Shown here in pieces: positions 50,051 to 58,702 of a stretch of 64,000 bases of DNA. The notes below the pieces were generated by a model. It did no database searches, was not told the DNA's origin, and saw nothing but the letters and a program-made list of their open reading frames with translations. Every line of letters begins with the position of its first letter. The first letter of the stretch is position 1. The stretch covers positions 2,799,380 to 2,863,379 of the forward strand of contig OZ223209.1 of assembly GCA_965140415.1 (NCBI GenBank). The letters run 5' to 3'. The position numbers and the translations under genes are program-made. The DNA is from Myxococcota bacterium. Its GTDB lineage: Bacteria; Myxococcota_A; SURF-8.

Positions 50051-51925
50051 TCAATCGTTACAGTCTTCAAAAACGCCGCCGGAAGATAAGTCTGCCGCCT
50101 TGCTGACGGAACTTTCGTACATTGCCTTCAATTTCGAGGGACATAGGCGGATCGTAAAGCGTGTACCTTTTCCTGGTGAGGAATTTACCTCGATTTCGCC
50201 GCCATGTTCCTGAACGATTTTTTGTGTGACAGCCAGTCCCAGTCCGCTTCCATTCACGCCCTTGGTCGTGAAAAACATATCGAACAGTTTCTGCTGCACT
50301 TCTTCTGACATGCCGATGCCGGTGTCTTCCGTTTCAAAGAGCAGCATATCGCCTTGTAGTGCAGCGCGGAGTGTAAAGGTGCAGTGCTCCTTTTTCGCAG
50401 CGGAACAGGCATCAAGTCCGTTTGAAATCAAATTGGAAAGGCAGGTGTGCAGACCTTCTGCATCAAGGTAAACGTTTTTATCTTCTTTCAAAGGCTCAAT
50501 GACGAACTCAATATTTCGACGGTTCGCTTCGGCCTTGAATAGCTGTTCCAACTCTTCGAGCATGGCGTTCGGTGACATGAGGTCAAGATGCGGTTCCTTG
50601 TTGCGGGAAAGATCCAGCAACCCGCGCACCATTTCAGCAACGCGGTCAAAGTTACGATCCAACATTTCCAGCCCGCGTTCGATCAAAACGTCAGATGCTT
50701 TCCGCCGCCCGGATTTGAGCTTGTACATGCCGCCTTGAATTCCGACCAGGATGTTTTTAATGGCATGTGCAATGACTGCAACCGTTTGGCCGACAGTCGC
50801 CAGCCGTTCGCGTTCCAGTTTTTCGCGTTCCAAGCGCTTAATCGGGCGAAGATCCACAAACGAAGCCGCGCCACCAATGACTTGTCCGATTTCATCTTTT
50901 AGCACTGCACCGGAAACGCGCACGGGGATGCGTTGGTTGTTCTGGTCTGTAATGTGAGTTTCATTGATTTCAACGGAATCTCCGCCCTCTGCAAGGGCGC
51001 GCCGGAATGATTCCGGGAAAAATCGCTCGATGCCCTCCGTGCCGATGGCGTCTCTACTTCTAATCCCGAACAACTTCTCTGCGGCGGGATTGAACACCTT
51101 GACTCGTCCGTTTTCGTCCACTGCAACCAAAGGGTCTAACGCGCTTTCCGTGATATTGCGGCGAAATGCACTTTCCTGTAGCAGCTTTTGAGAAAGCTTA
51201 TGGGTTTCAGTGACATCAAGGGACATCTCTAAAACCTGCTTGAATTCTTTGCCATCGGATTTGAATGGAATGGAGGTCACCACATAGTATGTTGGATCGC
51301 CATCTTTCGTGACGCCGACGTGTTTGGAGCTATGGATTTCTCCATCTTCAAATGTCATTTTTGCCGGGCAGTATGGGCAGGCGCTTTCCCGATCTTTGTA
51401 GACCTGATAACAGTATTCCTGGTCGCTGTCTCCGAAAATATCGCGTAATTGCTTGTTGCTACGAACGATTTTCAGATCCTGATCGATGATTGAAATGCTA
51501 CAGGGAACACGTTCAAATAAGGTGTTGTATTCCGCTTTCAGCGCTTCATTTTCCGTCTGGTCGTAGGACATCTCCACGATATAGGCGATATTTCCGTCAT
51601 CATCGTATAAGGGAGAGAAATGAATTTCGTAATGTGTGGCTTTTCCATTGATGTCGTACCCGTCCTCACGAGTCACCCGCACCTTGCCGTCGTCGAAGGT
51701 TTGCGCAGCCTGGCAGTTTTCGCAAGGCTTGTCACGGCGTTTATACACTTCGTAACATGGGCGTCCGTCTGCCTCGCCGAATTTGCTGCTGAACAAGTTG
51801 TTGGCGTGAATCACCGAGTAATTTCGATCGATGATTGCGATGTGAACCGGGGTACATTCGAAAAGCTGTCGGTTGAGGCTTCGGTGGATTTCCTTCGGGA
51901 AATCATCTAGTGGGGCATTTATCAT
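50051..51925 (-). CDS. cytoplasmic triple-PAS sensor histidine kinase
   Basis: Three PAS domains (two with CY-x9/10-CxxC motifs), H-box IAHAIKN, NLISNG, DTGIG, FFTTK, GSGLGL; start uncertain (51925 or TTG 51973). Confidence 0.92.
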   Translation of the reverse strand: MINAPLDDFPKEIHRSLNRQLFECTPVHIAIIDRNYSVIHANNLFSSKFGEADGRPCYEVYKRRDKPCENCQAAQTFDDGKVRVTREDGYDINGKATHYEIHFSPLYDDDGNIAYIVEMSYDQTENEALKAEYNTLFERVPCSISIIDQDLKIVRSNKQLRDIFGDSDQEYCYQVYKDRESACPYCPAKMTFEDGEIHSSKHVGVTKDGDPTYYVVTSIPFKSDGKEFKQVLEMSLDVTETHKLSQKLLQESAFRRNITESALDPLVAVDENGRVKVFNPAAEKLFGIRSRDAIGTEGIERFFPESFRRALAEGGDSVEINETHITDQNNQRIPVRVSGAVLKDEIGQVIGGAASFVDLRPIKRLEREKLERERLATVGQTVAVIAHAIKNILVGIQGGMYKLKSGRRKASDVLIERGLEMLDRNFDRVAEMVRGLLDLSRNKEPHLDLMSPNAMLEELEQLFKAEANRRNIEFVIEPLKEDKNVYLDAEGLHTCLSNLISNGLDACSAAKKEHCTFTLRAALQGDMLLFETEDTGIGMSEEVQQKLFDMFFTTKGVNGSGLGLAVTQKIVQEHGGEIEVNSSPGKGTRFTIRLCPSKLKAMYESSVSKAADLSSGGVFEDCND

Positions 51926-52005
51926 ATCAAACCTGATTCCGGTTATTGCACTTGAAAACGATGGTACTCCCAACTGGTGGTCGCTCCGCTTCTAATTGAT
52001 TATGT

Positions 52006-52022
52006 TGCAGGTTTCAGGCCAA
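52006..52022 (-). promoter_or_regulatory. sigma54 (-24/-12) promoter of the kinase-hdr operon
   Basis: TTGGCCTGAAACCTGCA has correct GG-N10-GC spacing; divergent from a sigma54 activator gene. Confidence 0.7.
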
Positions 52023-52286
52023 TTGTAGCGCTACAGTGAAATGAATCGCATTCATTGCTCGTGAAAATAAAAATCTGTGTATTTGCAATATGATCAGATA
52101 CAGCAAAGGAATGTGTTGGACTATGAATTAAGGTTGTGGTACGCATATATATGTACGCTATACTATAACCGTAGCGCAACAGTGTAGCGTTTTAGTGTTG
52201 CAATATGCATCGTATCGTGTTATATAATATCGCAACAGTACTGTTGTTTAGCTGGAAGGTGTTTTTCGCAATATCGGGGATAAACC

Positions 52287-53627
52287 ATGACCAATTCATC
52301 ACGACTCGATCCGCGCTATGTTTCACTGATACTGGACAGCGTAAGCCAGGGAATCTTTACGGTAGATTCAAAAGGTCGAATTACGACTTTCAACTCCGCA
52401 GCTTGCGAAATTACAGGGTATTCCGAAGAGGAGGTTTTAGGGCGTCCCTGTAGAGAAGTGTTTAAATCCGATCTGTGTGACAGCATCTGCCCCATGCGGC
52501 AGAGTATCGACAGCCGAAAAGAGGTGCGTGGGCGCGAAATTCGTATCAAGAGCAAGGATGGGCGCTCCATCCCCATATCGATCACGACAACTCCATTACA
52601 AACGAAAAATGGTAACTTGCTGGGTGGGGTGGAAGTGTTTCGAGATCTTTCGCAATTGAATGCTTTGCGTCGCAAATTAGATAACAAATATCAATTTGAG
52701 GATATCATCTCGAAAAACCCCGAGATGCAACGAATTTTCCGTTTGCTACCTTTGGTTGCAGATAGCGACAGTACGATTCTGATTACAGGTGAAAGCGGAA
52801 CAGGCAAGGAATTGATCGCCAAGGCCGTCCACAACGCAGGTGGGCGTGCGAATCATCCTTTCATTCCTGTGAACTGTGCCGCACTGCCAGAGACCCTGTT
52901 GGAGTCCGAATTGTTCGGTTATAAAAAGGGGGCTTTTACCGATGCGCGTCAGGACAAACCCGGTCGTATTGCCATGGCAGAGGGCGGCACTTTGTTTCTA
53001 GATGAAGTTGCCGATTTGTCGCGGACTTTACAGGTGAAATTATTGCGCTTTCTACAGGAGCACACCTACGAACCGCTTGGCGAGAACAAACCGATTTCTA
53101 CAGATGTTCGGGTGGTGACGGCAACGAATCGGGATTTGCGTGTGATGGTGCGGGAAGGGACATTTCGCGAAGATTTATATTTCCGATTAAATGTGATGGA
53201 AATCCATTTGCCGCCTTTACGGAAACGTACGGAAGATATTCCATTGCTTGTGCAGCATTTTATTGCGGATTACCAGACATCTAGCCGCAAGTCCATTCAT
53301 GGCATTACCGAAGAGGCTCTGGCAAGCCTGATGCGGTATCCATTCCCGGGAAACATCCGAGAACTGGAAAATATCGTGGAACGGGCTTTTATTTTGTGCA
53401 CCGGCCCGGAAATTACGCAGGACAATTTGCCGGACTATATTCACGAGCATCAGGAGGATCATCCCTCTGCCAGCGGACCGCAGCTTGATAAGCTTAAACA
53501 CGCAGAGCGAGATGCCATTATCGAAGCATTGAAGAAACACGGAGGTAATCGCACCCATGCCGCCAGAGAGTTGGGGGTGCATCGTGTTACACTGGTCCGG
53601 AAACTAAGGAAATATGGGATTTCTTGA
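52287..53627 (+). CDS. PAS-AAA+-Fis sigma54 activator (OrpR-like)
   Basis: PAS with CREVFKSDLCDSICP, GESGTGKE, ESELFG..KGAFTDA, FLDEV, FREDLYFRL, FPGNIRELEN, C-terminal HTH. Confidence 0.93.
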   Translation: MTNSSRLDPRYVSLILDSVSQGIFTVDSKGRITTFNSAACEITGYSEEEVLGRPCREVFKSDLCDSICPMRQSIDSRKEVRGREIRIKSKDGRSIPISITTTPLQTKNGNLLGGVEVFRDLSQLNALRRKLDNKYQFEDIISKNPEMQRIFRLLPLVADSDSTILITGESGTGKELIAKAVHNAGGRANHPFIPVNCAALPETLLESELFGYKKGAFTDARQDKPGRIAMAEGGTLFLDEVADLSRTLQVKLLRFLQEHTYEPLGENKPISTDVRVVTATNRDLRVMVREGTFREDLYFRLNVMEIHLPPLRKRTEDIPLLVQHFIADYQTSSRKSIHGITEEALASLMRYPFPGNIRELENIVERAFILCTGPEITQDNLPDYIHEHQEDHPSASGPQLDKLKHAERDAIIEALKKHGGNRTHAARELGVHRVTLVRKLRKYGIS

Positions 53628-53656
53628 TGCTGCCGAATGGGCCGTATGATGAAAAG

Positions 53657-53690
53657 TGACTGCCGGAATGAGACTCAAACCGGCAGTCGC
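53657..53690. terminator. hairpin between the convergent activator and CGGC genes
   Basis: GACTGCCGG...CCGGCAGTC inverted repeat. Confidence 0.55.
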
Positions 53691-53697
53691 GTTGGAT

Positions 53698-54054
53698 TTA
53701 CCAGGGATGCGTCCCGATAATCACTTTCTTGCCCCACTTGCCTTCGATTTTGTTTTTCATGTCTTCCAGGTTCATCGGGCAGTCGGCGGTCGTGATCGCT
53801 TTCGTGATGCACGTGGCAATATGGACCACATCGTATTCGCGCCCAAGTTGATTTGCCATGTCATCCAGCAGGGTCATTTTGGGCATGAACAATCCAGGGC
53901 AGCCACCGCATCCCGACCAGAAAACGACTTCGATTTCGTCTTCGTGCTCCGAAAACTTGCCGAGTTTTTCCGCGGCGGCTTTATGGCACTTCATGCAACC
54001 TATACATAGTTTGTCTTTGATCTTTTCGCAGCAAAGCACACCAATTTTCGCCAT
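53698..54054 (-). CDS. CGGC domain protein
   Basis: KIGVLCC..CIGCMKC, GCGGCPG, HIATC, CP, terminal GTH. Confidence 0.9.
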   Translation of the reverse strand: MAKIGVLCCEKIKDKLCIGCMKCHKAAAEKLGKFSEHEDEIEVVFWSGCGGCPGLFMPKMTLLDDMANQLGREYDVVHIATCITKAITTADCPMNLEDMKNKIEGKWGKKVIIGTHPW

Positions 54055-54117
54055 GAGAACAAATCCTTTCTACTTTTATTGCTACGGGTAAGTGGAAACC
54101 GCAAAGGTTATACACAA

Positions 54118-54151
54118 ACAGGGGAGGGCGGTCAAGTCCGCCTTCCCCTGT
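54118..54151 (-). terminator. strong hairpin after the DUF5320 gene
   Basis: ACAGGGGAGGGCGG-tcaagt-CCGCCTTCCCCTGT. Confidence 0.6.
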
Positions 54152-54173
54152 AAAGGCAGGGATCACTTTGTTG

Positions 54174-54470
54174 CTACCAGTTTTGGCGTTGTCCGCGACC
54201 TTGACCGCGTCTTCGGCCATGACCTCGTCCGTCTCCGCCTCCACCTCCGAAGCAGCGTCCACGACCGCCTCCATACGGTCTGCCGCCTCTGCCGACACCG
54301 AACATGACTTCATCGCCTTCTGGTGTCATGCTCTCCATCTCGGTTTCAGGTCGATCCGTGGTTTGATCGGCCTGTCCGGATTTTCGGGACGTCAAGGGGC
54401 GACAGCGTCCCATGCCGCGTCCGGTTCTTGGGCCATTGCCCATCGGTCCGGTCCCGTCTTGTCCAGGCAT
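54174..54470 (-). CDS. DUF5320-like Gly/Arg-rich protein
   Basis: MPGQDGTGPMGNGPRTGRGMGRC start with GGAGG RBS; typical of Orp/NifX clusters. Confidence 0.82.
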   Translation of the reverse strand: MPGQDGTGPMGNGPRTGRGMGRCRPLTSRKSGQADQTTDRPETEMESMTPEGDEVMFGVGRGGRPYGGGRGRCFGGGGGDGRGHGRRRGQGRGQRQNW

Positions 54471-54471
54471 A

Positions 54472-54846
54472 TCAACCTCCTTTTCTGCGACGCAACCGAC
54501 GGCGACAGCCAGGTTGCGAACGCTGATCGAAACATGGAGCTTGCACGGACAATGTGCCATGCAGATACTCCGCGATGCGTGCTTCTGCCTCACCTGTGAG
54601 GCCGGTCAGCACGCGAATTCCCGAGTGGGTAAGGAAAAAATAGTCGCAGCGTCTAATTCCACCTGTCAGCAAGATTTCGACATTCAATCTTGTTAATAGG
54701 TTCAAACGATCGGCGCGACTTAACTGCGCCGCCCTGACGCGCAAGGCTTCCGATTGGCCTCGCTCGGTGTCCTGAACCAGGAAACCGTCACAGAAGTCCA
54801 AACGCGGTGAAATATTTCGATCGAATAGGGCGGCGGCGACAATCAT
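54472..54846 (-). CDS. NifB/NifX-family (FeMo-co-binding-like) protein
   Basis: ISPRLDFC, VEILLTGGI, GIRVL..LTG. Confidence 0.78.
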   Translation of the reverse strand: MIVAAALFDRNISPRLDFCDGFLVQDTERGQSEALRVRAAQLSRADRLNLLTRLNVEILLTGGIRRCDYFFLTHSGIRVLTGLTGEAEARIAEYLHGTLSVQAPCFDQRSQPGCRRRLRRRKGG

Positions 54847-54858
54847 CGATAACCTCTA

Positions 54859-56082
54859 TCAGTGACCACCACATTTGTGGTTTTCGTCGTGTCCACAAAC
54901 GTTTGCGCCTGTTTCCAAAATATCGTTGGCGAAGCGACGTACCAGTTCCTCCGGTTCATCGGAGGGGCAACCGGTCACGACGTTGACTCCGGCTTGATTG
55001 AACAATTGAATGGCGCGTCCTCCCATGCCTCCTGCCAGCACCATGTTAGCGCCTTGTTCGGCTACCCAGCGCGGTAATACGCCCGGTTCGTGCGGCGGAG
55101 GAGTCAGTTGTTTGGACTCGACAATTTCTTTGCTCTCTTCGTCCAGATCGACGAAATGGAACACTTCGCAGTGGCCGAAATGAGCGCAAAGTTTTCCTTG
55201 AGCGACGGGGATTGCAATTCGTTTCACGTTGGTCTTCTCCTTTTGTTGTGGTTCGTTCGAGTCAGTTGTTTGTTGATTCGATTCAATCGATTTCGACAAA
55301 TCCATAAACGCCTGAGCAACAGGCGAATCCGGTTGTGATAGCGCGCCTACTCCCTGGTCGGCGCAAAGTGAAATCTGTGGGTCCATAGGCAGCGAGCCAA
55401 GCAGGGGAACCCCCATTTGTTCCGCCATCGCGCGGGCTTCGCCCTCCGGGAAAAGGGTTATGCGTTCACCGCATTTGGGGCAGATAATGCCGTTCATGTT
55501 CTCAACGACACCGATCAGCTTCATTTCGAGCTTATGGCAGAAGGTGATCGATTTTCTTACGTCTACAGCGGAGACTCGCTGTGGGGTAGTGACGACCAGT
55601 GCCTCTGCATCCGGTAGGCTCTGGGCGACGGAAAGTGGTTCGTCGCCAGTGCCTGGAGGTGCATCGACGATCAGGTAGTCCAGTTTTCCCCAGTCCACTT
55701 CTGCCAGAAACTGCTGGATAGCGCCCATTTTGATCGGCCCGCGCCAGATGATGGGACTGTCTGCGTCCGGCAGCATGAAGCCGATGGACATCACTTTGAG
55801 ACCATCTTTTTCAACCGGAGAAATCCATCCGTCGTTGCCTCCTGGACGAGCACCTTCCAAACCGAGCATTGTCGGTACGCTGGGGCCATGAATGTCCACG
55901 TCAAGCAGTCCCACTCGTTTACCGCGTTCTTTCAGAGCGAGTGCCAAATTGACAGCTACCGTGCTTTTTCCAACGCCGCCTTTGCCTGAAAGTACCAGGA
56001 TTTTGCGACTGACGGATTTCATGTTGGCGGCCAATGCGATTTCCCGGGCATCGATTTTCTGTTTACGTTGTTCTTGACTCAT
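54859..56082 (-). CDS. Mrp/ApbC Fe-S carrier ATPase fused to a NifB/NifX (ORP) domain
   Basis: SGKGGVGKST, DVDIHGPS, WRGP, DAPPGTGD, VENM..CPKC; C-terminal CAHFGHC, PPHEPG, AGGMG; His/Cys tail. Confidence 0.92.
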   Translation of the reverse strand: MSQEQRKQKIDAREIALAANMKSVSRKILVLSGKGGVGKSTVAVNLALALKERGKRVGLLDVDIHGPSVPTMLGLEGARPGGNDGWISPVEKDGLKVMSIGFMLPDADSPIIWRGPIKMGAIQQFLAEVDWGKLDYLIVDAPPGTGDEPLSVAQSLPDAEALVVTTPQRVSAVDVRKSITFCHKLEMKLIGVVENMNGIICPKCGERITLFPEGEARAMAEQMGVPLLGSLPMDPQISLCADQGVGALSQPDSPVAQAFMDLSKSIESNQQTTDSNEPQQKEKTNVKRIAIPVAQGKLCAHFGHCEVFHFVDLDEESKEIVESKQLTPPPHEPGVLPRWVAEQGANMVLAGGMGGRAIQLFNQAGVNVVTGCPSDEPEELVRRFANDILETGANVCGHDENHKCGGH

Positions 56083-56091
56083 TGCTACAAA

Positions 56092-56451
56092 TTACTCCGT
56101 TTTATTATGGTGTTCACAGTCGTGGATGGTTGAAAGCATCTGGGGGCCAGCTTCTGTCTGAGTCTGTTCCGCATGAAAATGCAGTTTGCCGAATGCCCCT
56201 TCTTCAATGGTCAGCGTAACGCCGCTGCGTCCATCCAACAGTGGTTCCTTCTTCATCAGTTTCTCGAAATCCGTTTCCAAAACGAAGCGTTGCAGCAGTT
56301 CGAACTCTGCTTCTTCTTCCTCCGTCATGTTTTGCGTACTGGCCAAGAGCTTTTCTGCAAGCTCTCGTCCTCTTGCTTTGGCTGTACAGACCATGCAGTG
56401 CCCGGATGTGAGCGGTAGTCGTATTTTTCGTTTGCAGTTACTCCGGGACAT
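56092..56451 (-). CDS. hypothetical protein of the Orp cluster (HCxxC motif)
   Basis: Start overlaps the upstream ATPase stop with a GGAG RBS; ends 9 bp before mrp. Confidence 0.65.
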   Translation of the reverse strand: MSRSNCKRKIRLPLTSGHCMVCTAKARGRELAEKLLASTQNMTEEEEAEFELLQRFVLETDFEKLMKKEPLLDGRSGVTLTIEEGAFGKLHFHAEQTQTEAGPQMLSTIHDCEHHNKTE

Positions 56452-57328
56452 TGTCGGATTCTCCTGTGGAGTCTAACTCCTGCTTAACTTTTTCCCACAA
56501 TGCCTTCACAGCCTGAGAGGCTGGTCCGGCTGAGAATTCTGTCAGGATTTCACCCGCAGCAACAGCTTTGACGACTTCCGGGTCGAATGGAATTCGTCCA
56601 AGACTACGAACTTGAACGGAATTACAATAGTTTTCGATTTCTTCCGACATCTGTTCATTCAAGTCGGCTTTGTTGACGGCAACCGTAATCGGAACACTGA
56701 AATGCTGCGCCAGTTCAACCACGCGCTTTAGATCGTGCAATCCGCTTTGCGTCGGTTCGGTAATGCATAGCACCAGATCGCAACCGGTAACGGAGGCGAT
56801 GACCGGACAACCCACGCCGGGTGATCCATCGATAAGAATCTGCGATAAGCCGTCCTGCTCGGCACGTTCAACCGCTTTCTGGCGAATCAACGAAACCAGT
56901 TTGCCGGAGTTTTCGGACGCGATACCGAGTTTGGCATGGATAAACGGTCCAAATTGCGTATCGGAGACAAACCAGTTCCCACTGAAAGCTTCTTTCATTT
57001 CAATGGCTTCAGTCGGGCAGATACGGGAGCAGAATCCGCAGCCTTCACAGGCGATGATATCGATGACGTGCTCCCCGCTGATGGCACCGAAACGACAGTG
57101 TTCCCGGCAAAGGTCACAGTGAATGCACTTGTCCGGCTGAAGATGCGCTTTGACTCCGCCTGAGTAGTTTCCACTTTCCTTGATTTCCGGATTAAGGAGC
57201 AGATGCATATCGGCTGCATCCACATCGGCATCGACGATCAGAGTCTGGGTTGCCAAGGCTGTAAACGAAGCCGTAATACTGGTTTTGCCTGTGCCACCCT
57301 TGCCACTTAAAACAACGAGTTGTTTCAT
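56438..57328 (-). CDS. MinD-like P-loop ATPase with inserted 2x[4Fe-4S] ferredoxin (Orp3/Orp4 type)
   Basis: SGKGGTGKT, DADVDA, CIHCDLCREHC, CEGCGFCSRICP, NSGKLV, DGSPGVGCPV, TEPT; ATGA overlap with the upstream paralog. Confidence 0.92.
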   Translation of the reverse strand: MKQLVVLSGKGGTGKTSITASFTALATQTLIVDADVDAADMHLLLNPEIKESGNYSGGVKAHLQPDKCIHCDLCREHCRFGAISGEHVIDIIACEGCGFCSRICPTEAIEMKEAFSGNWFVSDTQFGPFIHAKLGIASENSGKLVSLIRQKAVERAEQDGLSQILIDGSPGVGCPVIASVTGCDLVLCITEPTQSGLHDLKRVVELAQHFSVPITVAVNKADLNEQMSEEIENYCNSVQVRSLGRIPFDPEVVKAVAAGEILTEFSAGPASQAVKALWEKVKQELDSTGESDNVPE

Positions 57329-58182
57329 TGTGCCGCCTCCTCTCGTATCTGTTGAGCGAGGGCGTACAATCGTTCCGTCATTTCCGGTTGGGCATCGAGC
57401 AGGGTGCCGCCTTTGGAGTACACTGCCGCGAAATTCCGATCGAAGGGTATTTCCAGTAAAATCGGTACGTTTTCTTGCTGACAGTAGGTGTGCACCGAGT
57501 CGTCTCCCAGATCCGAACGATTGATAACCACACCGCAACTCAACTCAAGAGCCCGGCTCATTTCTACCGCTAGCTTGAGGTCGTTCAATCCGAATGGAGT
57601 TGGTTCAGTAACCAATATCAGAAATTCGACTTTGTTGGTGGCTGCAATAACGGGGCAGGAGGTACCCGGTGGTGCGTCGATGATCGTCCAATCGAGCTTG
57701 TTGCCCCGTTCTCTGAGTGTATCGATGACCGACACGGAACGGACTTCGCCCACTTTCAGGCGTCCACGGTGAAAGTCTAGATCTTCCGGGTGGGCTTGCT
57801 CGATCCATCCTACGGTTTTCGGCACTTCCGTAATTGCCGATTCCGGGCAGTGGTAAGCGCAACTGCCGCAAGAATGGCAGAGTTCGGGGAAAACAAGGGG
57901 GCGATCCGCCAGAATGGCAATCGCGCTGAACTGACAGACTTCTCGACAGATGCCGCAACCCGTACAGCGTTCTTCGTCCACTTCGGGAATTGTGGCGGTT
58001 GCTGTTTGTTCCGCCTGTGGTGTTTCATGTAGAAAGAGATGGGCGTTGGGCGCTTCCACATCCGCATCCAACAAGGTCACCGATTCTCCTTTTTTTTGCA
58101 GGGCAAGGGCGATCGCCACCGCCATTGTGGTTTTACCGGTTCCGCCTTTGCCGCTTGCTACGGCAATTGTTATGGGTTTCAC
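57325..58182 (-). CDS. MinD-like P-loop ATPase with inserted 2x[4Fe-4S] ferredoxin (Orp3/Orp4 type)
   Basis: ASGKGGTGKTT, DADVEAPN, CTGCGICREVC, CHSCGSCAYHCP, DAPPGTSCPV, TEPTPFGLND. Confidence 0.92.
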   Translation of the reverse strand: MKPITIAVASGKGGTGKTTMAVAIALALQKKGESVTLLDADVEAPNAHLFLHETPQAEQTATATIPEVDEERCTGCGICREVCQFSAIAILADRPLVFPELCHSCGSCAYHCPESAITEVPKTVGWIEQAHPEDLDFHRGRLKVGEVRSVSVIDTLRERGNKLDWTIIDAPPGTSCPVIAATNKVEFLILVTEPTPFGLNDLKLAVEMSRALELSCGVVINRSDLGDDSVHTYCQQENVPILLEIPFDRNFAAVYSKGGTLLDAQPEMTERLYALAQQIREEAAQ

Positions 58183-58544
58183 CAGTGTCCCTCCACATCC
58201 GCTCCGCTGGCTTTGGTCAGCTTGTTTGCGAGATAATCATCCACTGCCTGACGAACGGTGCCCTGGATGCCGGAATAGATTTCGATTTTCGCCGCATTCA
58301 GTGCGCGAAAGGCTTTAGGACCGACGTGACCGGTAAGTAGGATTTCCACTCCAGCTTTGGAGACGGTTTCCGCCGCTTGAATGCCGGCTCCCTGAGCGGC
58401 GTGCAGATTCTGGGTATTGGGCAGAGTTTCGATTTCTTGATGGTCGCCATCGACTGTAACAATGCAAAAAGCCTGTGCACGTCCGAAACGTGTATCGGTT
58501 GGGGCGTCCCAGCCGGATCCTGCTGCCGTAACGGCGAGTTTCAT
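58179..58544 (-). CDS. NifB/NifX-family Orange protein (ORP)-like
   Basis: MKLAVTA, RFGRA, GAGIQAA, LTGHVGPKAF, terminal GHW; AAGGA RBS before ATG 58544. Confidence 0.9.
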   Translation of the reverse strand: MKLAVTAAGSGWDAPTDTRFGRAQAFCIVTVDGDHQEIETLPNTQNLHAAQGAGIQAAETVSKAGVEILLTGHVGPKAFRALNAAKIEIYSGIQGTVRQAVDDYLANKLTKASGADVEGHW

Positions 58545-58624
58545 GGTTATTTCCTTTCGTTTGCTTTCGCGTGTTCCAAAAATCAAACAACTTCGCAGAA
58601 AATCCGCGCTTGCAGGTATAGATG

Positions 58625-58642
58625 AGCAAAGGCCATGCCAAA
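58625..58642 (-). promoter_or_regulatory. sigma54 (-24/-12) promoter of the orp operon
   Basis: TTTGGCATGGCCTTTGCT closely matches TGGCAC-N5-TTGC. Confidence 0.85.
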
Positions 58643-58702
58643 CAGGTTAGGATGGACAGTAATAAGGGGATTTGATTCGCTAATCTGGAAGGAAACGGAA
58701 AG

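Noticed and set aside
54472-58544. nitrogen fixation genes (NifB/NifX domains, NifH-like ATPases)
   Set aside because: No nifHDK or radical-SAM NifB; the architecture matches the Orange-protein cluster
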